This document shows positions 54,410-64,000 of a DNA stretch of 64,000 bases, piece after piece. The stretch is from Lytechinus pictus. Taxonomy: Eukaryota. The stretch spans positions 19,160,001 through 19,224,000 of the forward strand of contig NC_087252.1 in assembly GCF_037042905.1 (NCBI RefSeq). The letters run 5' to 3'. The notes under the pieces were generated by a model that searched no databases, was not told where the DNA came from, and worked only from the letters and a program-made list of their open reading frames with translations. How positions within the stretch are numbered: the first letter of the stretch is position 1; each line of letters begins with the position of its first letter. Both the position numbers and the translations under genes were made by a program.

Positions 54410-54995
54410 GAGAAAACAGCCCCGGGCTGAAAATATTTAGATCTAGATGAATAGAATAAAATTCAGGGCCAAATGCTGAAAAGTTCATTAGAATCGGATA
54501 AGTTATTGAACTTCAACGATTTGCATCCCCCGGGTACTCTGGTGAAACAATTCTTGGCATGTCTTCATGAATATTCATTCGGTGGGCTGATTATGTCACA
54601 TACTTTCCTTTTTCTTATGTCATTACATGAAATCATAATTGTTTCATTTTTCATTATGTAAATGATGTGTCTCAATTATTATGAAATACGTTGCAGTAAG
54701 AAATACATAATGCACGTAATCAGTTATCAGTCCAATTGTTTAAGTCCTTGGTAGGAAACTTTTGAATTTATAGTACACCTAATTTTCATATAATAAAATA
54801 CAAAAGAACAAGACAGTGGGGATATGGCATCATCAGCCCAAGGCTAATGAATATTCATGAAGACGAGCCTAGAGCTGTTTCACCAGAATAATGCAAATCT
54901 TTAATTGTTATCTGATTTTGATCAAATTTTCAGCATTTTGCCATTTGAATTTTATTCTTTTTAGTGAAATATGTCCAGCCTGGAGCATCCCTTCA
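54410..54995. mobile_element. Related TTAA-type element (fragment also at ~32880-33185)
   Basis: Inverted arms and a shared GTGGGGATATG.CATCATCAGCCCA...ATGAATATTCATGA core. Confidence 0.6.
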
Positions 54996-55209
54996 ATCAC
55001 GAAGGCCTAAATTGTAAATAGAGGACGTCATTTGCAAAATTGATGGAAGCGTGGCATTTAGTTTATTCTATCTTATACCTCGGTCACATTTGCTCCACGG
55101 CGGCCGTCGAGAACGGCATTTTTATTCATACCACATATGTAGCTATTCCAAAAAAATGTGACCGAGATATTAATCGTAATAATGGCAAAAAAATGTGAGG
55201 TACTAGTGA

Positions 55210-56293
55210 TAGGCCTGGGAGTAAACATCGATTGATCGAATGGTTCGAATGGCTTGCCGCCAATCGCTAATCGATTAGCAAAATTTACACGAATCGAATG
55301 TAATCGAATTTAATCCCACCTGGCCTTCCATGCCCTCGATACACAATGTATGTTGTATGCATAGGTGTATAATAACTCTATGGTTGCATGTCTATGTGCT
55401 TAAAACAGAAAGTACACACACACAAGGAGCTGACTTGAGCCAATATGTGATTGGACATTCAATGGCCAATGAAACTTCTGGGATCGAGGTCGTGACTCCA
55501 GAAAAAATTGACCCCTCCCCATCTCTGTGTATGGGTGAGCATGGTGTGAGTGAGAGAGAGAAAGGATAGCGGTGGGAATTCTTTCACGTTTCAAAACAAT
55601 GCAATCTCTTTTAGCCTCTCCCTCACACAATCAAAATAACATTCCAACACGCGCCATCACCTAATTCTAGATGTCGACTAGTTTCCCAAAACAGACCCAG
55701 TTATAGGTTTAAATGATCAGAAATTGTAATTCTGAGAGGTATTTCAATTGAAAAATATTTTGCAAAATATTTTGAACATCATGGGCAGAGTACCACATGT
55801 GAGGGTTGGGGCGAGGTATGGGCAATGAATGAAATTTTACAATAAGTAAAAAGCACCACATGCGTGTCTGTCTCAAAGAATACTTCATGAATGAGTTGTT
55901 TACAGAGATGTAAATTGGACCCAAGACTATAGGCTGATTCATTCATATGCAGGGGTGTTGCACTTGGAGGGATGCATAATACAAGGATTGATTTGGGATA
56001 GATTTTCATTGGAACAATAAAGTGAAAGTTTTAATCTAATTCCATATAGTTTCTTTTGAAATAGAAATCAAAGAGAAGGGGGAATACTTGGCTTACTTTA
56101 ATTTATAAGGAACAGATGTACTCTACCCTACATCAGATGTTCAATAATTGAAAAAACCTATTCGGGAGGTCTTCACAAGTAGGTCAACTAACTATTGGCT
56201 TAGAAGACGTGATTTCCGACGAACAATCGAATGGTTCGATTGTTTTTTCAGGAACTATAAATCGAATAGTAAAATTGACATTCGTCCCAGGCC
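55210..56293. mobile_element. Probable hAT-like non-autonomous element
   Basis: GGCCTGGGA / TCCCAGGCC inverted ends and ATCGAATGGTTCGA at both subtermini. No clean TSD; the right end abuts a fragment of the 5685-6096 MITE family. Confidence 0.5.
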
Positions 56294-58928
56294 GAAACTT
56301 GTGGCTCGTCAGAGTGCCCCCCTGCCCCCCCCCCCCACCCCCGTAGGTACGCTAGTGATTACGATACGTAGACTGCAAAAGAGTAATATTCAAAATTCAA
56401 AGATAAAATGCCAAATTCCAACGAGGATATACCGGTATTTTAGAGTCGGAAATTAATAGAGGAGTGATTGCATCTTGGCCTGAGCTAACAAAGTCAGGGA
56501 ATGGTAGGCAAGTTTCTTACAATTGCTTTATTATTGGTATTCGAGCCAAGCGATTGTCATCGCCTTTGAATTGATATGGATTGGGGAGCGACTACATAAC
56601 AGTGCAGTACTACGAACTAGCTAGCGTCGAATCCATCGGTACTGCAGCGCTAGCTAGTGCAGCAGGCCTGGCCTCCCGCTGATATCTGCTCAGTGCAGTG
56701 CATGCAGAGCAGATCGGCGGATCCGGAACGAAGCGGAAAAAAATTAGTGCAGTAGCGTACTACGAGCTAGCTAGCTAGCGTGGAATCCATCGCTACTGCG
56801 GCGCTAGTGCAGCAGGGCTGGCCTCCCGCTGATACCTGCTCAGTGCATGCTGTGCGTGCAGATCTGCGGAACGAAGCGGACAAAATTAGTTCTCCATCGT
56901 TCCGCCGATTTTTGGCTCCTCCCACTTTTCGACTCTGCCAAGGAGGTGGGGCTAAAATCGTCCACCGTTCCGACGCAGGATCCTGCAGGCGGATGGAGGA
57001 GAACGCCATCGATAATAAAAATACGGTCCCTAAACGAATACCATTTTCATGCAGGGTTCATGTGAGATGTACATTAAAGGTAATAATCAGTCCCAAGCTG
57101 ATTCATTCAGAAAGGGTACATGTTCATGTACCTCACCGATTCATCTTGATAAAGAGACTTTGCAGTTTTATTTCTTCTACTTTTATTCATTTCATATTCC
57201 AGGCTATACAGTGTAGGCTTTCATCTGGCAAAAAAAAATGAAAATAGCGCTGCAGTACTAATTTTTCGGGGCTCTTTTTCAATTTTCCATGGCTCGATCT
57301 TTTGAGCATTTCATTTCACAGGCAAAAATACTCTGCGCCCCCCCTGTTACACCCACAAATGTAATAATCGCCCACAAATGTAATAACGCCCACAAATGTA
57401 ATAACACTTTACCCACAAATGTAATAACGCCCACAAATGTAATAACACTTTACCCACAAATGTAATAATTTCACCCACAAATGTAATAATGCACTTTACC
57501 CACAAATGTAATAATTTTGGATCGCCCACAAATGTAATAATGACTTTACCCACAAATGTAATAAATTTGAAGGGATTTTTGGCGAATCCGTTCTCAACTA
57601 AAATCCTATAGTAATGCGTTCATATACCCATGGACCTATTGTAATAGGTCCATGATATAGCACAAAAGTGCAATGTCTTTTTTCCAGACCCGGTTAATTC
57701 GAAAATTATTATAAAAGTCCAAAGTCTTTTATCCAGACCCAGTTGTTTCAAAAATTATAATATAAGTCCAAAGTATTTTTTCCAGACCCGGTCGTTTTAA
57801 TAATTATAATCTAAGTCCAAACTAGTAGTAGAATGGAAATGAGATTCGAGCTTAGTCTTTTCTCCAGACCCAGTTAATTAAAACTGGTGGAATTAATGTG
57901 TTTGTTGTTGTGTTAACTTATACGGCACATATTGTGAATATATATGCTAAGAGTAAATTGAGAATCAAGCATAGTCTTTTTTCCAGACCCGTTAACTAAA
58001 AACTAAAACCATATAGTAATGCGTTCATATAGCACAAAGTGCAAAGTTTTTTTTCCAGACCCGGTTAATTCAAAAATGATAATATAAGTCAAAGTCTTTT
58101 TTCCAGACCCGGTTGTTTCAAAAATTATAATATAAGTCCAAACGAAGATACGATAATGATATTCCAGGGGAATAAAATGTTGTTGTTTTAGCTTATACGG
58201 CACGTATCATTCAGCGGTGAATATTTGCGCAAATAAAAATAAGAATCGAGCTAAGTCTTTTCTCCAGACCCAGTTAATTAAAACTGGTGGAATAAATGTC
58301 TTTGTTGTTGTTTTAACTTATACGGCACCTATTGCGAATATATGCGCTAAGAGTAAATTGAGAATCAAGCGTAGTCTTTTCTCCAGACCCGGTTACTAAA
58401 AACTAAAAACTAAAACCCTTTACCCACAAATGCAATAATTTCACCCATGAATGTAATAATGCACTTTACCCACATATGTAATAATTTTTGATCGCCCACA
58501 AATGTAATAATGACTTTGTTCACAAATGTTATAAATTTGAAGAGATTTTTGGCGATTCTGTTCTAAACTAAAACCCTATAGTAATGCGTTCATATAGCGC
58601 AAAGTCTCAGTCTTTTTTCTCCAGACCCTGTTATATAAAACATTTAAACAATCTTCCATATAAAGATCCCAAAATTAATTCTTCTTAATGTTTAATAACA
58701 TAGAAGTTTAGCGTAGTCTTTCCTTCAGACCCAAATATTTCAAATAGCAAATAAAAAATAATAAATAATAAAAAAACAAAAACAAAGACCCCACGATGTT
58801 ATCAATGTTTAACAAGATGTAAATATAACAAAGTCTTTCCTCCAGACACAGTTATAAAAAAAATCATTCAAAAATAAAACAACAACAACCAAAAACAGAC
58901 CCGCAATCTTTTCAACAATGAATAGCGT

Positions 58929-59117
58929 ATGTGTGTGTGTATTTGAGTTTTGTCAGACGAGTATCAATCAGATATGATTATTCATGTCTGGGACCAACCT
59001 TTAACGTCACCATCCGAAAGACGTGACCAAGGCTCGAACCTCGAACCTCGAACCTCTGCATCAATTTGTATCTTCCCCACATAGCTTGGATTACTGGCGC
59101 ATGCCACAACGCCCAGT
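58929..59117 (-). mobile_element. Candidate 7SL-RNA-headed SINE (SINE1-like) with Deu/Meta-like core and (CA)n tail
   Basis: The 5' end ACTGGGCGTTGTGGCATGCGCCAGTAATCCAAGCTA aligns without gaps to human 7SL nt 1-36 (26/36 by hand). It is followed by GGTTCGA x3 (B box) and GTCTTTCGGATGGTGACGTTAAAGGTTGGTCCC. TSD-like flanks TAGCGT / TAGCAT interrupt a host repeat unit. Confidence 0.7.
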
Positions 59118-59526
59118 TAGCATCGAAATATGGTGAAGTCTTTGTTCCAGCCGCGGTTATTTCAAAATAGCATATCATAAAGAACAATATTAACAAAGAC
59201 CCAACTATCTCATTGATGCTGAATAACCTGAAAATATAGCGTAGTCTTTCTTCAAGACCCAGTTATTTTAAAATAACAAATCATAGAAAAGATATATAAA
59301 AATAATAAAACAAAGGCCCCACAGTCTTATTCATGTTGAATAACGGGGGGGGGGGGTTCTTATTTTTATTTGGCAACCAGTCAAATTTGACAATTTTTGC
59401 CATCATAAATATTATATTATTAACGTTTGTTTTCTTTGAAGAAATAAAAAATACATGAGTAAAGTAAAATTCAAATATTTATTTATTTTCCTTTTTTTTC
59501 TATGTCTTTTTTTATAGGATATCTAC

Positions 59527-59771
59527 TAGGATTTAAAGTCGAGTAGGTGTGTCTCTCAATTTAAAATCAGGGCTTTTACTGAATATATGTTATATGGACC
59601 TACTAAGTATGCAAGTAAAACCTAGGATGGAGATGACCGAGAAAGAAATTAGGAAAATCACAGCTCCAATCCTACACCCGTACGTATGGGGATACGTCTG
59701 TCCCGTTGATGTGAACATCAACGTCAGTGAAGTCTCGACCTTTCCCGGAGACAAGACGCCTTTAAATCCTA
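59527..59771. mobile_element. Small TIR-bounded insert within the foldback element
   Basis: TAGGATTTAAAG / CTTTAAATCCTA inverted ends. Confidence 0.4.
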
Positions 59772-61204
59772 ACAAGGAAATATAGCGTAGTCTTTCCTCC
59801 AGACCCACTTATTTCAAAATTACATATCATTTTTTAAAGAGTCAACAAGAAACAAAGACCCCCACTATCTTATTAATGTAAAAAAATAACATGGAAATAT
59901 AGTGTAGTCTTTCATCCAGACCCAGATCTTTCAAATAACAAATGATGAATAATGATAATAAATTAATAATAATAATTAAAAGAACAAAAACCCACGATCC
60001 TATTCATGTTGAATAACATGGAAATATAGCGTGGTCTTTTCTCCAGACCCAATTATAAAAAACACAGCAACAACAAAACAAAGGCCCTGCAATCTTATCA
60101 ACATTGAATAGCATGGAAATATGGTGTAGTATTTGCTCCAGACCCAGTTATTTCAAAATAGGAAAATATAAGAAACAATAAAAACAAACAGTATCAGCAA
60201 AGACCCCACAATATCACTGATGTAGAATAACGTTGTTGTTGTTGTTGTTATCTTGGATTATAAGGCGCGTATCATATGAATATTTACGCCTATGATTAAT
60301 TTGTTGTCTTTGTGGTATGCGTTATCACATGGTTTTTATAGTTTGGAAGATGTTGGGGTCTAAGTTTTAAGATTAATGTTTCCCTTAATTTGTATTTTAA
60401 GAGAACTGGGTGTGGGGTATAGACAACACTCAAAACCCAAGCATTTTAACTGGGTTTAATTTTGAAGATTGGTCTTAGCCTTGATTTTTTTTCAATATTT
60501 GTTTATCTTTTAAATAACCGGGTCTAGATGAAAGACTAAGCATAATACTCGTGTTATTCCACAGGAATAAGAATATGACAAAGTTTTATGTTTTTAAGAT
60601 TGTTGAAATTATTTTTTTAAATGACTGTGTTTGAAATAAAGACAACGATCTAAACATGTGCATTTCTACATGGTCTCAATTTGGAGGATTGTTGGTTCTA
60701 AGATTCGTTGTTGGGGCTTGGGTTTATTGCTTTTTTTATTCTTGAAATAACTGTGTCTGGAGGAAAGTCTACAATCGATCTTCGTGTTACCCACAGTAAT
60801 TAGATTATTGGGTATTCGTTTTGGAAAATTTGTAAAAACTATTTTATTTTTTTCAAATAATAACCAAGTCTGGAGAAAAGATGTTTGATTTACCCATGCA
60901 TTATTACAATGTTTTGTAGGGGTCTTAGTATTTAAAAAAAAAAAAAACTGGGTGTGGGGTAAAGACATATTTTTTTACTGGGTGTAACTTTTGAAGATTG
61001 GTCTTAGATTTGAAGTTTTTTTAAATTCATTTTTTAAATAACCGGGTCTAGTGGAAAGAGTACGTTTTAAAACTCGTGTTATTCCACAAGAATGAGAATA
61101 TGATAGGGTCTTACGTTAGAAATATTTTTTGGGTGATTTTTTACTGATTAGGTCTGGAATAAAGACAACGCTCTTAAACGCTCTTTAAAACAGGTTCTTA
61201 GGTT

Positions 61205-61393
61205 CAGGGGCCGTGGAACGGTTTTCAAAGTGGGGGGGGGGGCTGAGCCAAAAGTGGGGGGGGGGGCTGACCATGCTAAAAATCACAATCTTATGGTCAT
61301 TTTTACGTTTTTGTACACAGTTTTGGAAAAAAGTGGGGGGGGGGGGCTGAAGCCCCCCCAGCCCCCCCCCCCCCCCCGGTTCCGCGGCCCCTG
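61205..61393. mobile_element. MITE with 5-bp TSD nested in the foldback element
   Basis: TIRs CAGGGGCCGTGGAAC / GTTCCGCGGCCCCTG; AGGTT direct repeat on both flanks. Confidence 0.85.
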
Positions 61394-63191
61394 AGGTTGA
61401 AGGATTGCTTGGTCTTAGATTTTTAGTTTTTTATTATTACTATTTGCGTTATTTGGAAAAAATAACTGGGTCTGGCTGAAAGACTACGCTTTATGTCCGT
61501 GTTATCCAGCATTAATAAGATAATGGGGTCTTTATACTGTTTTTGTTGTTGTATTGTTATTTATAATTTTGGAATAACAGGGTTTGGAGAAGAGACTAAG
61601 CTCGATTTTCATTTTTATTCCACTGGAATATCATTATGGTATCTTAGTTTGGACTTATATTTTATTTTTTAAATAACCGGGTCTGGAAAAAAGACTTTGA
61701 ACTTATATTATAATTTTTGAAACAACCGGGTCTGGAAAAAGACTTTGGACTTATATTATAATTTTTGAAACAACCGGGTCTGGAAAAAAGGCCTTGGACT
61801 TATATTTTTTTTTTTAATCAACCGGGTCTGGAAAAAAGACTGACTTATATTATGATTTTTGAATTAACCAGGTCTGGAAAAAAGACTTTGCACTTTTGTG
61901 CTATATGAATGCATTACTATAGGGTTTTAGTTTTTAGTTTTAAGTAACCGGGTCTGGAGGAGACTACGCTTGGTTCTGAATTTACTCTTAGCGCATATAT
62001 TCACAATACGCGCCATATGACTTGAAACAACAACAAAGACATTTAGTCCACCAGCTTTAATTAAGTGGGTCTGGAAAAAAGACTAAGCTCGATTCTCATT
62101 TTCATTCCACTGGAATATCATTATCGTATCTTAGTTTGGGTTTGGACTTATATTATGTTTTTTGAAATAACCGTGTCTGGAAAAAAACTATGGACTTATA
62201 TTATAATTTTTGAAACAATTGGGTCTGGAAAAAAGACTTTGGACTTATGTTATAATTTTTCAAATAACCGGGTCTGGAAAAAAGACTGCACTTTTGTGCT
62301 AAATGAACGCATTACTACAGGGTTTTAGTTTTTAATTTTAAGCAACTGGGTCTGGAGAAAAGACTACGCTTGATTCTCAATTTACTCTTGGCGCATATAT
62401 GCACAATACGTGCCGTATAAGTTAAAACAACAACAAGACATTAATTCCACAAGTTTTAATCAACTGGGTCTGGAGCAAAGACTAAGCTTGATTCTCATTT
62501 TTATTCCACTGGAATATCATTATCGTATCTTAGTTTGGACTTATATTATAATTTTTTTAATAACCGGGTCTGGAAAAAAAGACTTTGGAATTATATTATA
62601 ATTTTTGAAATAACCGGGTCTGGAAAAAAAGACTTTGGACGTATTTCATATTTTTTTAACAACCGGGTCTGGAAAAAAGACTTTGGACTTATATTATAAT
62701 TTTCAAATTAAACGGGTCTGGAAAAAAGACTTTGCACTTTTGTGCTATATCATGGACCTATTACAATAGGTCCATGGCTATATAAACGCATTACCATAGG
62801 ATCTTAGTTTAGAACGGATTCGCCAGAAATCCCTTCAAATTTATTACATTTGTGGGTAAAGTCATTATTACATTTGTGGGCGATCCAAAATTATTACATT
62901 TGTGGGTAAAGTGCATTATTACATTTGTGGGTGAAATTATTACATTTGTGGGTAAAGTGTTATTACATTTGTGGGCGTTATTACATTTGTGGGTAAAGTG
63001 TTATTACATTTGTGGGCGTTATTACATTTGTGGGCGTTATTACATTAGTGGGTGCAACACCCCCCCCCCGTTTTTTTCCCCAGGCCTGCTGTACAAGCAT
63101 TCTCTGACCAATGGTATATAATCTTGCAGTAATTCTTTGTTGCGGACCACAGTTTTCACATCTTCTATAAATGATAAAATATGTCACATAA

Positions 63192-63665
63192 GGTGGTTTC
63201 AGACCGCCTCGAATTTCGTCAGTTCCAGGTATTCTCTGATCGGGAAATTTACCCCGATCAGAAAATACCAGGTATTTTGGTAATGTGAAAGCAAACTACG
63301 CGTATTTTCCCCGAAAGAAAATACCCGCTAAATAGTAGGTACTTGGCGAAATTACGAGAACTTTCGCGGGGATTTTTCCAAGGTGGCAGGTATTTTGGCA
63401 ATGTGAAAGCAATTTACGGGAACTATTAGCCCAGCGTGTCGTTGGGCGCGGGCGCCGTGGGTGGCTGCTGGGCTAGTGGTTTTGAATCTCGCGCCTTGCC
63501 TTCTTATTAGACCATACTGCGCATGCTCCTAACTTCAGGAATTTATCCCGAAGGATATGTTTCGGGGCGGTGTGAATGCAGGAATAATTAATGGGTATTT
63601 TTTAGCCTAAAAATGTTCTTGTAATTTAACGGGGATTCTTGTGATCAAGGCGGTTTGAAACCACC
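63192..63665 (-). mobile_element. Harbinger-like MITE, inverted copy of 43958-44434
   Basis: Same TIRs and internal sequence in reverse orientation. Confidence 0.88.
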
Positions 63666-64000
63666 TATAGTAGTTTGCCGAGTTTTCACCTCCTCCCCCC
63701 CCCCAAAAAAAAAGTTTTATACATATGCACATGTAGAAACAGTGCTTGGTGTAATGTTTACTGTATCACGTGAAATCAACAGAGCCTGAGGAGAATATAA
63801 GGACCATGTAGTATGTACACAAGCCACTAGTCAACAGCCCCCTACATGGCCCTAGAGAGCTTCTTCTATTAAAGTTCTATTCTATTCCAAGGTGTTTACC
63901 TGTCTTTGTTCATCTAACACACCGTCTATTCAGGGTTATTATCGTACAGATACAAACATGGCCCCCTCCATTATGTTACAGTCATACATGTAGTACTGCA

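Larger units (their letters stand above)
47595..57030. mobile_element. 9.4-kb PIF/Harbinger-type non-autonomous element with nested repeats/cargo
   Basis: Perfect 19-bp TIRs GGGACCGTATTTTTATTAT / ATAATAAAAATACGGTCCC; TAA on both flanks; CGGAACGAAGCGGA motifs near both ends; no transposase ORF seen. Confidence 0.75.
57345..63059. mobile_element. 5.7-kb foldback element with modular long inverted arms
   Basis: TGTTACACCCAC / GTGGGTGCAACA termini inside a poly-C site. Outer domain of CCCACAAATGTAATAA repeats and inner domain of GTCTTTTTTCCAGACCC repeats; repeat orientation flips near 60240. Confidence 0.9.

Noticed and set aside
57345..57570. CCCACAAATGTAATAA repeats with short variable spacers and duplicated ORFs MGKVIITFVG...
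   Set aside because: These are the outer domain of the foldback arms; spacers are only a few nt and the ORFs are translations of the repeat.
59000..59030. CCGAAAG-containing stem suggesting a hammerhead ribozyme
   Set aside because: No CUGANGA core in the required arrangement; better explained as the SINE central domain on the minus strand.
59549..59785. 78-aa ORF inside the foldback as captured gene or transposase
   Set aside because: Non-ATG start, no recognisable motif, and it largely coincides with a small TIR-bounded insert.

Overview
AT-rich, repeat-dense animal genomic DNA. The SINE/MITE repertoire and intron style suggest an invertebrate deuterostome such as a sea urchin (inference, not proven). 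The main gene is a minus-strand proprotein convertase of the PC7/PCSK7 type: 12 GT-AG exons (47468 down to the stop at 18412) splice in frame to about 900 codons. They cover the catalytic His/Asn/Ser, the P domain, a transmembrane helix and an unusually long (~400 aa) cytoplasmic tail. The signal peptide, prodomain and catalytic Asp exon were not found and probably lie beyond base 64000. A second, weakly supported minus-strand gene start (signal-peptide-like exon at 378-549) lies at the left edge. The introns are packed with non-autonomous DNA transposons (hAT-, Harbinger-, piggyBac/Kolobok- and Helentron-like), tRNA-SINEs, a 9.4-kb Harbinger-bounded block and a 5.7-kb foldback element. Two observations stand out: (1) a complete 189-bp retroposon whose head resembles the 7SL RNA Alu domain fused to a Deu/Meta-like SINE core, i.e. 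a candidate Alu-like SINE1 in an invertebrate; (2) degenerate tandem 'echo' copies of exon edges, mostly with intact splice dinucleotides, beside 6 of the 12 PCSK7 exons.
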